A stretch of 63,482 nucleotides of DNA, filler included, from Myxococcota bacterium (lineage in GTDB: Bacteria > Myxococcota_C > UBA6777), in assembly GCA_023150835.1 (NCBI GenBank). It is 3 parts of 3 records of this genome, joined end to end, with 100 filler letters (N's around TTAATTAATTAA, not from the genome) between each part and the next. Parts side by side here need not be neighbours in the genome. Positions count along the whole stretch, not along the records: positions 28,579 to 56,810 come from JAKLKB010000091.1; 2 more parts are not named here. The stretch is one strand, 5' to 3'. Each line of letters starts with the position of its first letter. The first letter of the stretch is position 1. Below the pieces are notes generated by a model. That model was not told the DNA's origin. It ran no database searches and saw only the letters and a list, made by a program, of their open reading frames with translations. Shown here piece after piece: positions 28,579-37,640 of this stretch. A program made the translations under genes and the position numbers.

Positions 28579-28875
28579 GCTCCTCCCCCTGCTGCGGCTT
28601 TTACACCTCCTCCTCCCCCTGCTGCGGCCTTTACACCCCCCGCACCAGACTTCGCGCTTACTCCCGATCGAAACTATCTTGCCAAAGCCCTCGAAGGCTC
28701 GCGCAAACGCTTCCGCCACCCTGCCGCTGCCCCTTCCTCGGCAGTCGAAAGCGCTCAAACCGAGTACATCCGCCAACTTTCACAAGACGTCATCACCCGC
28801 ATCGCTTGGGAAGTGGTCCCCGAACTCGCCGAGATCATTATCCGCGAAGCCCTTTCCAAACAACCCCGCTCCTAA
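28579..28875 (+). CDS. romR: 3' fragment of a RomR-like response regulator (not in the ORF track)
   Basis: Frame from 28579: APPPAAAFTPP...YIRQLSQDVITRIAWEVVPELAEIIIREALSKQPRS*, matching the RomR C-terminal IEKIAWEVVPQLAETIIRE motif as recalled, preceded by a Pro-rich linker. Confidence 0.8.
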   Translation, partial: APPPAAAFTPPPPPAAAFTPPAPDFALTPDRNYLAKALEGSRKRFRHPAAAPSSAVESAQTEYIRQLSQDVITRIAWEVVPELAEIIIREALSKQPRS

Positions 28876-28985
28876 TCCCCCCATGCAAGTGTTCCTCACA
28901 GATACACCACACAAACAGCTTGCGACTTTCCACCCCCTCCCTTCCCCTTTGCGTAACATCTCTCGGAAAAAAGAAGGCTGATCGC

Positions 28986-29468
28986 ATGGAATGGCTAATT
29001 CGTTTACGACTGAGTGGTATCGTGGTGTTATTGGGCCTTTTCGTCGGAGGCATCGGGGCCTTGGTCGGAGCAAAACTCCCGTTTTGGTTGATCGGCTTGT
29101 TGATCTTTGGTGCGTCCATGTTGTTTTTGCCCGTCCCACGGCTTCCACACGCTTATTCACAAGAGGACTTGGAGAAAGAACTCCATGATATGCAGCGCGC
29201 CCTCTCCGAGATCCGCCTGCTCGAAGAAAAACTCACTCCGATCCAACAAGAGATCCAAGACGCTGGCCTCCTCAAACAAGAACAGATCAAAGCCCTCGAT
29301 CTGCGCTTTCAATCTCTGCGACAGATGACACCCGAAACCACCACCACCCTCCGAGAGCTGTTGTTTGGCGACCAACGGCGCACGCTTTCGGTGATCGTCG
29401 TGATGCTTTCTCTGATGGCCCTTGCCGCCGCTGGCTTTGTCCCAACCTTCGGACGTTGGCTCTTTTAA
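28986..29468 (+). CDS. small membrane protein with central coiled coil
   Basis: Two N-terminal TMs, a heptad region and a C-terminal TM. Confidence 0.7.
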   Translation: MEWLIRLRLSGIVVLLGLFVGGIGALVGAKLPFWLIGLLIFGASMLFLPVPRLPHAYSQEDLEKELHDMQRALSEIRLLEEKLTPIQQEIQDAGLLKQEQIKALDLRFQSLRQMTPETTTTLRELLFGDQRRTLSVIVVMLSLMALAAAGFVPTFGRWLF

Positions 29469-29496
29469 TCAGACAATAGGCCCATTCCGCACCTCG

Positions 29497-29707
29497 TAGG
29501 ACTTACTCTCCCCCCCTCGCCTCTTCGACAGAAGGGAGAGGGGGCCGGGGGCCGAGGACGACGCGACCTCTGCTCCTGTCAGATTCCCCCGCCTTTTGGG
29601 CTTTACAGAGAAGGTGTCCGAGCGTTCGCAACCTGTCGCTGCCCAAGCACAGGGCATCTGTGTACTCTCCTTCGATCACAGATCACTCGGGTATCGTCTA
29701 AGTCCTC
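29497..29707. mobile_element. degenerate MITE-like element with TAGGACTTAC / TAAGTCCT ends and an internal CTCTCCC...GGGAGAGGGG palindrome
   Basis: Ends resemble the TIRs of 20645-20760; no TSD visible. Confidence 0.45.
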
Positions 29708-29734
29708 TCACACCTCAGATATCTGGAGCCTGTC

Positions 29735-32101
29735 GTGCTAGAACATCCATCCAAGACACCCGCCCCGTGGACCCACGCTGAACTCGATCAACTCATCACC
29801 AAAGCGTTCGAGGAAGACACCACAGGCGGCGATATCACCTCCGAAGCGATCTTCCGCCCTCACCAACGCGTCATCGCACGTGCGATCGCCAAAGCCCCTC
29901 TCGTGGTCTGTGGCCTCCCCGTCGCTGAGCGCGTCTTCTCTTGGCTCGATCCAGCCACCCGCTGGACCGCTCATTGCGAAGAAGGCCAACTCGTCACACC
30001 TCAAACGGTCCTGTTTACCGTCGAAGGAGCCGTACGCTCGGTGCTTTCCGCAGAACGCATCGCCCTCAACTTGCTCCAACATCTGAGCGGTATCGCGACC
30101 CACGCACGACAATTCGCCGAGGCTGTCGCAGACACACACACCCGCGTCGTCGATACACGCAAGACCTTGCCCGGGCTGCGGGTATTCCAACGCTACGCTG
30201 TCCGTGTCGGTGGATGCTTCAACCACCGCTATAACCTCGGAAGCGGCGTCTTGATCAAAGAAAACCACATCCGCGCCGCTGGCTCGATCGCACGCGCCGT
30301 CCAAGCCGCCCGACAATACGCCCCTCACCTCCTCAAGATCGAAGTCGAAGTGACGAATCTCGATGAACTCTTACAAGCCCTTTCTGTCCAAGCCGATGTG
30401 ATCTTGCTCGACAATATGTCCAATGAGATGATGCGCGAAGCCGTCCAATTGACCGACAAACGCGCCCTCTTAGAAGCCTCGGGTAACGTCTCCCTCGAAC
30501 GTGTCCGTTCTATCGCAGAAACGGGCGTCGACTTTGTCTCTGTGGGCGCACTCACACACTCCGTCCGCGCTGCCGATATCAGCCTGCTTGTTCACCTCGA
30601 AGACCTTTCCGCGAATCCCTCTCACACCGAATCCCCTGCTTTTCTTTCCACACAACCGAGTGCATCGACCTCCTCCCCTCCCCTCCAACCCGCCCCTCGC
30701 ACTTCGTTCTCCTCGCTCTCCCCCAAACAGGCCGATGCCTCCGCCATGACCTCGGATGCCTCCTCCGCCTCATCCAGCCCTCCTGCTCTGCCCTACCTGA
30801 ACCTTGACCAAGCCCTCGCCAAACAAGAAGCCCCCGTCGGTCCCTATCTCCCCGCTGTGCAACCCTTCTACATCGAAGTCGCCTCCGATCTCGCAAAGCG
30901 CCTTGGCATCCCTCCGTCTCCATCCCAAAAATCCGAACTATCCGACGCCATCGAAGCCGCAACTTCTCCATCCCAAAAATCCGAACTATCCGACGCCATC
31001 GAAGCCGCAACTTCTCCATCCCAAAAATCCGAACTATCCGACGCCATCGAAGCCGCAACCAAGAAACAGACCGATCCTCCCGCACAAAGCCTGCCTCCCT
31101 CGCGCTTTCAAGAGACCCTACTTCCAAAACTCCGAGAGTCTTTGTTTCTCTCACGAGGCATCCGTATCCCGAGTGGTCTGATCGAAGAAAATCCGCAGAT
31201 CCGCTCGGGGCACTTTGCTTGCTGGATCGAAGGAACCCACGCAGGCAGCGGCGAGATCCCCGTAGATCGGCTGTTGGTGGGTGCCACCCCTCAAGAACTT
31301 CGGATCTTTCAGATCGAAGGCCGTAAAACCCTCCATCCCCTCAGCATGCGTGATGCCTCATTTGTCGCAGAAACCCACAAAGCGCGGCTCAAAGAAGCCT
31401 ACATCCCGATGTGGAACGCCGAAGAACTCCTCGTCCTCCATCTGACCGCGATCTTGGAACGTCACGCCGAACGCTTCCTTGGCACACAAGCCCTGCGCGC
31501 CGCACTCGATATCGTCGCTCATCACGAGCCTACACTCGTCGCACAAGCCCTCGATCGCTACCCGCTCAGCACGCTCCGCCGCATCCTCTTGTTGCTCGCC
31601 GAAGACCGCCTCTCCTTGTGCAACCTCCACCGCATCCTTGAGTCGCTCCTTGAGATCCCCCTCGATATCCAAGATATCGAACCCCTCGCAGACGCCACGC
31701 GCCGATCCATGCGGCGATATCTGTGCCAGCCCTTCGCTGTTCAAGAAACCCAACTGCTCGCCTATAACCTCGCCCCCCACCTCGAACTTCTGCTCCAACA
31801 CCTTTTCCTTGGGCGTCCCCTACCCGAAGGGATCTCTGCCCCCACAAGCATGGCCCCGATCCAAGCACTCTACAGCACCTTACAACGGCGCTTTCGGGCC
31901 CTACCTTCGAGCGCAACCCTCCCGCTGCTGCTGGTTCGCGATCACGCCCTTCGGCGCCCCCTCCAACGTGTCCTTCAACGCGCCTTTCCTTACTGCGGCG
32001 TCTTGTCTTGGCAAGAGATCGATCCCGATTATGACGTGATGATCATCGAAACCTTGGATCACGACGTCCTCGAATTTTCATCCCACAAAGATACCCCATA
32101 A
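29735..32101 (+). CDS. nadC: NadC (quinolinate phosphoribosyltransferase) fused to an FHIPEP/FlhA-SctV-like cytoplasmic domain
   Basis: aa 1-~288 carry EDTTGGDITS, AERIALN, DTRKTLPGLR, NHRYNL, IKENH, EVEV, ILLDN and EASGNV. aa ~375-780 carry PFYIEV...LRESLFLSRGIRIP...HAERFLGTQ...LLAEDRLSLCNLHRILESL...LRRPLQRVL...VLSWQEI. GGAG RBS before the GTG. Confidence 0.9.
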   Translation: MLEHPSKTPAPWTHAELDQLITKAFEEDTTGGDITSEAIFRPHQRVIARAIAKAPLVVCGLPVAERVFSWLDPATRWTAHCEEGQLVTPQTVLFTVEGAVRSVLSAERIALNLLQHLSGIATHARQFAEAVADTHTRVVDTRKTLPGLRVFQRYAVRVGGCFNHRYNLGSGVLIKENHIRAAGSIARAVQAARQYAPHLLKIEVEVTNLDELLQALSVQADVILLDNMSNEMMREAVQLTDKRALLEASGNVSLERVRSIAETGVDFVSVGALTHSVRAADISLLVHLEDLSANPSHTESPAFLSTQPSASTSSPPLQPAPRTSFSSLSPKQADASAMTSDASSASSSPPALPYLNLDQALAKQEAPVGPYLPAVQPFYIEVASDLAKRLGIPPSPSQKSELSDAIEAATSPSQKSELSDAIEAATSPSQKSELSDAIEAATKKQTDPPAQSLPPSRFQETLLPKLRESLFLSRGIRIPSGLIEENPQIRSGHFACWIEGTHAGSGEIPVDRLLVGATPQELRIFQIEGRKTLHPLSMRDASFVAETHKARLKEAYIPMWNAEELLVLHLTAILERHAERFLGTQALRAALDIVAHHEPTLVAQALDRYPLSTLRRILLLLAEDRLSLCNLHRILESLLEIPLDIQDIEPLADATRRSMRRYLCQPFAVQETQLLAYNLAPHLELLLQHLFLGRPLPEGISAPTSMAPIQALYSTLQRRFRALPSSATLPLLLVRDHALRRPLQRVLQRAFPYCGVLSWQEIDPDYDVMIIETLDHDVLEFSSHKDTP
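30917..31060 (+). repeat. 3 x 48-bp in-frame repeat (SPSQKSELSDAIEAAT)
   Basis: Read directly. Confidence 0.95.
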
Positions 32102-32147
32102 CCCCAAGACGCTCAACTCAGTCTCCCTATCCTCCGAAAGGATCGGT

Positions 32148-32906
32148 ATGTCACAACTCAGCGAAACTCCGCTCGACACCGAAGACTTCACCCCCGAAGA
32201 TCTCCAAGTGGCCGACCCCGTCGTCTTCCCGCTCGACGATCCCCCCGAAGATACTCAGCGCTCCCTCCGCAAGATCTGGGCGCGCCACCAACTCACACCT
32301 TACCTCCGCCGTTGGGAAGAAGCCTACGTCCCCAACTTCCCCAACGCGATCTGGGCCTTCGATTGGCGCGCTTGTGACGTGGGCTGTGGCTTCGGAATGT
32401 TTGTCCTGCGCGAAAGCGCCCACCATCCGTCCCGCGCCTACCTCGGCATCGAAAAAGGTACACGCCGAGGCATCGGCCTCGCCAAACGCGCCCAAGCCTC
32501 CGGGCAAAACAACCTCTTCGCGATCCACGGAAACGCCATCCCCTTACTCGCCGAGATCCCCGACCAAAGCTTCGACTTGATCACTCTCTTTTATCCGAAT
32601 CCTTGGTGGCCCACCAAGCACCGGAAAAAACGTTGGGCTTTCCATCCGCTCTTGCCCAAACTGGTGTCTCTGCTCAAGCCCGACGCCACCCTGCTCCTCG
32701 CCGCCAACGAACGCTTCTACCTCTGCGAGTGGTTGTACGCCTTGCGCCATCACCCAGACGTCGCTCCTTTCCTTGTCGAAGACTACGTCGGCCCGATCCA
32801 AGAAACCGTCGGAAGAACACACTTTGAGACCAAATACCTCGAACACGGCATCGCTTGCGGAGAGATCCGCTTCAAGAAAAAGTACGATAAAAGGATAGAC
32901 GAATGA
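32148..32906 (+). CDS. trmB: tRNA (guanine-N7)-methyltransferase TrmB family
   Basis: DVGCGFG, YLGIE, FYPNPWWPTKHRKKR and THFETKY motifs. Confidence 0.8.
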   Translation: MSQLSETPLDTEDFTPEDLQVADPVVFPLDDPPEDTQRSLRKIWARHQLTPYLRRWEEAYVPNFPNAIWAFDWRACDVGCGFGMFVLRESAHHPSRAYLGIEKGTRRGIGLAKRAQASGQNNLFAIHGNAIPLLAEIPDQSFDLITLFYPNPWWPTKHRKKRWAFHPLLPKLVSLLKPDATLLLAANERFYLCEWLYALRHHPDVAPFLVEDYVGPIQETVGRTHFETKYLEHGIACGEIRFKKKYDKRIDE

Positions 32907-34417
32907 ACCGACCTCATGCGCGTATTCACCCCTTTGATTGCCAAACCGCTGCCATCCATTCGACGCGAGGGATCTTTTGCAATCGTACGCTGAACCTACG
33001 AACCATCCGAGCGATCGGCTACGATATGGACTACACCCTCGTCCATTACAACGTCGAACGATGGGAAGAACAAGCCTACGAGGCCACACGCCTTCGGCTC
33101 GAACGCGAAGGATGGCCTGTCAAAGGACTCACCTTCGATCCACAACGCATCGTGCGCGGTTTGGTGCTGGATCTCGAACTCGGAAACATCATCAAACCCA
33201 ACCGCTTCGGATACATCACACGCGCTGCTCATGGCACGCAGATGATGGACTTCAACGAGATGCGCGAAGTCTACGCTCGCACCCTGATCGATCTCTCGGA
33301 TCGACGGTATATCTTCCTCAATACCCTGTTCTCGATATCGGAAGCATGGCTGTTTGCGCAACTCGTCGATCTCATGGATCACGGCATCCTCACCCAAGTC
33401 CCGACCTACGAAGCTCTCTACAAAACAGTCCGCCACGCCATCGACACCACCCACATGGAGGGCGAACTCAAAGCCGAGATCATGCAGCACCCCGAGCTTT
33501 ATGTCGAACCCGACCCCGATATCCCGCTTGCGCTGCTCGATCAAAAAAGCGCAGGCAAACGACTTTTGCTGATTACAAACTCCGAATGGTTCTACACACG
33601 CTTTATGATGCGTTACGCCTTTGATCGCTTTTTGCCCAAAGGGATGACGTGGCGCGATCTGTTTGAACTGGTCGTCGTTTCCGCACGCAAGCCGGACTTC
33701 TTCTCCCTGCGCGCCCCCGTCTTTTCAGTCGTGGACGAAGAAAATGGTCTCTTGCAGCCCTACATCTCCAAACTACAAAGCGGTGGCGTCTATCTTGGCG
33801 GAAATGCCGGCCTCATCGAATCTTCTCTCGCTCTTTCTGGCGAAGATATCCTGTATGTCGGGGACCACATCTACGGCGATGTGACGGTTTCCAAAAGCAC
33901 GCTGCGTTGGCGCACGGCCTTGATCTTGCGCGAACTCGAAGCAGAACTCGAATGTGTCGAATCCGCCCGCCTTCAGCAAGAACAAATCAACGTCATGATG
34001 GAAACCAAGGAAGCGATGGAGGCCGAACTGTCAGCACTCAAACTCGATATCTTGCGCAAAGAACACCACTACGGACCCACCACCGAAACCCCCGAAGCCC
34101 AACTCCGTCAACGCGCCAAACAACTCCGCGAAGAACTGGTCGCCCTCGATAACCAGATATCCCCTCTTGTTGCCGAAGACTCCGAGCGCGTCAACCCTTA
34201 CTGGGGCTATCTGATGCGCGCTGGCAACGACAAAAGCCATCTCACCCGCCAAGTCGAGCGCCATGCCGATATCTATATGTCCCGTGTCTCCAACTTCCTC
34301 TTCTATACGCCATTTATGTACTTTCGCTCTCCTCGCGGCTCCATGCCACATGATATGCCCACCCTTGAGATCCCGCCCTCTCCCCACCTCACTCCCCGCC
34401 CTCCGACCCTCTCCTAG
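32903..34417 (+). CDS. HAD-IG family 5'-nucleotidase (cN-II-like)
   Basis: IFCNRTLNL, GYDMDYTL, LITNS, ARKP and YVGDHIYGDV motifs; ATGA overlap with trmB. Confidence 0.92.
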   Translation: MNRPHARIHPFDCQTAAIHSTRGIFCNRTLNLRTIRAIGYDMDYTLVHYNVERWEEQAYEATRLRLEREGWPVKGLTFDPQRIVRGLVLDLELGNIIKPNRFGYITRAAHGTQMMDFNEMREVYARTLIDLSDRRYIFLNTLFSISEAWLFAQLVDLMDHGILTQVPTYEALYKTVRHAIDTTHMEGELKAEIMQHPELYVEPDPDIPLALLDQKSAGKRLLLITNSEWFYTRFMMRYAFDRFLPKGMTWRDLFELVVVSARKPDFFSLRAPVFSVVDEENGLLQPYISKLQSGGVYLGGNAGLIESSLALSGEDILYVGDHIYGDVTVSKSTLRWRTALILRELEAELECVESARLQQEQINVMMETKEAMEAELSALKLDILRKEHHYGPTTETPEAQLRQRAKQLREELVALDNQISPLVAEDSERVNPYWGYLMRAGNDKSHLTRQVERHADIYMSRVSNFLFYTPFMYFRSPRGSMPHDMPTLEIPPSPHLTPRPPTLS

Positions 34418-34575
34418 TATAATTCCCCCCAATGATCGGCACTTTGCGTCCGAACTCCCCACCTCACTCCCTAACATTCGGACACATCGTCTGTGCTGTC
34501 GAAAAGGCCGTACGTTTGTACGTCAAAAGGCCAACCAAACGCAAAAAAGCGGATGTTCCTCGCTCGAACCACTGC

Positions 34576-34860
34576 TCATACGATATCCGAGTGATGTACA
34601 CAGCAAAAGAGAGCACCCAGACGCCCGATGGTTGGGCAGCCACAGGGGGCTGCCCCTACGTCTTTACGATAACGCAACGGGCGGATCTCGTATCATACCA
34701 CATTCTGTGGTGGTGTGAGCCTGTCCATTCGCTGCTCTATGTCCCGATACACGGGCGGTTCACGAACCGCCCCTACGCCAACATAGACGATGTGTCCGAG
34801 TGTTAGCCACACAGGGCTGCCCCACCCTGTTTACGATCACACACCCTGCGGATCTCGTAT
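34576..34860. repeat. mosaic REP cluster (extended REP-A, extended REP-B, degenerate REP-A)
   Basis: REP-A at 34632-34659; REP-B at 34753-34776 with an upstream extension shared with 61290-61356; partial copy at ~34804-34825. Confidence 0.8.
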
Positions 34861-34875
34861 GACGCAATCCACACG

Positions 34876-35002
34876 TTTTTGTGGAGTGCCACCCCACACC
34901 CCTCCGTAGACGTTCGTCCCTTGACCCCGCGAGGGGCAAACAGATCACTGTTTTCCAAACCAACAGCGTTCTCGCTTGAACAGGTGCAAACACGAGTTTT
35001 TT
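34876..35002 (-). repeat. family C element, copy 8
   Basis: Block pattern; P2 CGCTGTT/AACAGTG. Confidence 0.8.
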
Positions 35003-35026
35003 GTCAACCGCGTAAGCCCTATCCTT

Positions 35027-36547
35027 CTACGGACGTAGCGTTTTGCGCAAGATATCGCGAACAAAAGGCGCGATGATACCTTGGATATACCAACGTTCTT
35101 CGATTTTTCTCAGAAAAAGAAACACATCATTTTTATTACTATCTACCTCAGAAAAAAAGAGAATATTGTACGAACCAAAAAGCTGCTCTCCGCCTTCTGC
35201 GATGCGCCTAGTGACATCTTTTTTCGCATGAACAGCGTGAGAGCGTGCGATATAGGCGTGTAAGAAGACGGTTTGCAGATCTTTGGTCAAAGCGGGAAGC
35301 TGTGCCTTGAGCGCCTCGCGCAAGGCGGGCTTCATCGTGGGTGCAAGAACATCTTGATAAGCACCGTCTTTGCGCAAAAGGCTTGCGAAAAAGTGCAAGA
35401 TCGCCGCTGTGGGACTTGCTTGTCCCGGGGACAACCTCTTCGCTTGCTTCGCTCCGTACACCAGCGGCTGCACGCCAAAGGTGTGCCATCCCGCAAAGTC
35501 CCCATCGACCGCGATCGATGTCGCCGGCTCCACCCAAGGCGACGCGACCACGCCTTGCGGCTTCCATATCGTCGCTCCCATCGGCTTTTTCAACGGAACG
35601 ACCGCTCCCATCGGCTTTTTCAACGAAGCTGCCCCTCCTATCGGCTTCTTTGAGGATACGCCTGCTTGTGTTTTTGACACAGCGACCGTCCCCGTGTGCT
35701 GCTTTAAGGGGGCTGCGACATCGCGTTTTGTCTTGGGTGCGCCCTGAACGTCGCTCAACGCAACGACCCGTCTCACCGAGGAAAGCCCACGCGATCTTAG
35801 TGGAGAAGTTCTGTGGGAGATGGCCGCAACGGCTCTTGTGGGTCGCGCAATGGCCGCGATGCGACGCTGTTTTGGACGAGTACGCAAAGAAGGAAAAGCG
35901 ACCTGCGATGTGGAGAGAGCCTTCTGATGGGCCTGTTCGATCATCTTGAGCAACAGCGGGATCGCAGGAGTCCCGATCTTTTGAATGGCTTCTGCTGCGT
36001 AGCGACGGACGATACTGCTTGGATCATGAAGCGCACGGCCAATCTCTAGGAGCGCAAGACGGCTTTTGGGACCGATGTTTCCGAGCGTACGGATCACATA
36101 ACCGCGCACAAGGGCTTGCGGATCTTGAGTGGCCTTGATCAGCGCATCGAAGGCTTCTTGCGCCTCTTGCCCCATCTCGCTCAAGGCCGATGCTGCACCG
36201 ATACGGAAGTTTTCGCTGGGATGAACCAACGCCTCACGCAACGCAGCAAGGGCCGCTCCCCCCATCTGTGAAAGAGAAAAAGCCGCAGACGCTCGGACTT
36301 GGCTCACAGGATCCGCAAACATCCCGATCAACAAAGGGATCGTCGCGATCGCCCGCTCGCCCAAATCCCCCAAACGAGAAGCCGAAGCCGCACGAACACG
36401 CGCCTCTGCGTGGCGCAGCCCCAAACGCAGCATCGCGATATCTTTCGTTTGCTTGATCTGCCCGATCAACGCATCATCCGCATGGCCCACCGCCGCCATC
36501 CACCCACTAAAACAAATAAACAAGACAAAAAACAGAAAATTTCGCAT
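35027..36547 (-). CDS. secreted HEAT/PBS-lyase repeat protein with low-complexity linker and unknown C-terminal domain
   Basis: GGAGG RBS; signal peptide; repeated VR..AA..L..(L/M/I)G..A(I/L)..L units. Confidence 0.8.
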   Translation of the reverse strand: MRNFLFFVLFICFSGWMAAVGHADDALIGQIKQTKDIAMLRLGLRHAEARVRAASASRLGDLGERAIATIPLLIGMFADPVSQVRASAAFSLSQMGGAALAALREALVHPSENFRIGAASALSEMGQEAQEAFDALIKATQDPQALVRGYVIRTLGNIGPKSRLALLEIGRALHDPSSIVRRYAAEAIQKIGTPAIPLLLKMIEQAHQKALSTSQVAFPSLRTRPKQRRIAAIARPTRAVAAISHRTSPLRSRGLSSVRRVVALSDVQGAPKTKRDVAAPLKQHTGTVAVSKTQAGVSSKKPIGGAASLKKPMGAVVPLKKPMGATIWKPQGVVASPWVEPATSIAVDGDFAGWHTFGVQPLVYGAKQAKRLSPGQASPTAAILHFFASLLRKDGAYQDVLAPTMKPALREALKAQLPALTKDLQTVFLHAYIARSHAVHAKKDVTRRIAEGGEQLFGSYNILFFSEVDSNKNDVFLFLRKIEERWYIQGIIAPFVRDILRKTLRP

Positions 36548-36599
36548 GGATCGACCTCCTATCCAGTCGCAGTAAGAGTCACATAATTCAGTAGAGGCA

Positions 36600-36722
36600 T
36601 GGGGCTTTGCCCCACACCCCACAAGGGAGCGCGGCTCCCTTGACCCCGTATGGGCCTCCGTGATCGGGGGTGTTTCAAACAAGCAGCACAGCCGCTTGAA
36701 GTGCCGCGAACACGCGGCCTTT
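36600..36722 (-). repeat. family C element, copy 9
   Basis: Block pattern. Confidence 0.85.
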
Positions 36723-36980
36723 GTCAACTACGTAAACTACAGCAAGCGACACTGTTGTTGTCCAAAAAAACATCGAACTCGTCGCCTTGTGTTGTGGAAA
36801 AGTCAAACCGCGTGCTTGACACGGAGACGAACGCCACCCACATGGTAATGGCTTGGTTATGCTGGACGTCTCAACGAAGCACCAAACTTTCTGCTCAAAA
36901 AGAGATGGAATGTTGCGCAGACTGTCTGGTATAGAAAGCCCCGTTATTCCTGTAAAGCACACAAGGATCACAAAGTCGGC

Positions 36981-37637
36981 ATGAAAAAAACGGAACTCAA
37001 CCGCCTTTTCCTAACAGAAGAAGCCTGCCATTTTGCGGCGATAGAGTCGTGCCACAAAGAAGCTTCCCTCTACAACGTCACCGACGGTAAGGCTGTAGGA
37101 ACATACCTAGAACACAAATTTCAAAAATTTTTAGAACAGAAATACAACTACCAAAAAGGCAGTTCTGCGGAAGGCTTGGACTTCCCGCAACTTCTTGTAG
37201 ACATGAAAGTCACCAGTATACGACAACCGCAGTCTTCTTGCCCTTTCAGTTCCGCAAGGCAAAAAATCTATGGGCTAGGCTACTCTCTTCTACTTTTTGT
37301 TTACCAAAAGTTGGACGATCTTACATCAAAAACATCGACACTCGATATCCAACATATTGTGTTTATAGAAGAAAACCGCACAGCCGATTTTCAAATGACC
37401 AGTGGCCTTTGCCAGATTATCGATAATCAAGGGAACAAAGAAGATCTTATCGCGTTTATGATGGATCGAAACCTTCCAATCGACGAGATTCAAGCCGACC
37501 AACTCGCCGAGGAGATCTTGCAGAAAAAGCCGACCATCGGTTATTTAACGATCTCAAACGCCCTTCAGTGGAGGCTGCAATATCGGCGCGCCCTTGACAA
37601 CGCAGGTCAAATCGACGGGATCCTAAAGGTCAGATAG
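36981..37637 (+). CDS. type II restriction endonuclease, NspV-like
   Basis: VTDGKAVGTYLE, GLDFP..LVDMKVTSIRQPQSSCPF and LTISNALQWRLQY resemble NspV-family enzymes as recalled; PD-(D/E)XK-like; low GC. Confidence 0.75.
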   Translation: MKKTELNRLFLTEEACHFAAIESCHKEASLYNVTDGKAVGTYLEHKFQKFLEQKYNYQKGSSAEGLDFPQLLVDMKVTSIRQPQSSCPFSSARQKIYGLGYSLLLFVYQKLDDLTSKTSTLDIQHIVFIEENRTADFQMTSGLCQIIDNQGNKEDLIAFMMDRNLPIDEIQADQLAEEILQKKPTIGYLTISNALQWRLQYRRALDNAGQIDGILKVR

Positions 37638-37640
37638 ACA

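Noticed and set aside
30860-32101. Flagellar or T3SS gene cluster / true flhA
   Set aside because: Only the cytoplasmic domain is present, fused to NadC; no TM export-gate region and no other apparatus genes in the window.
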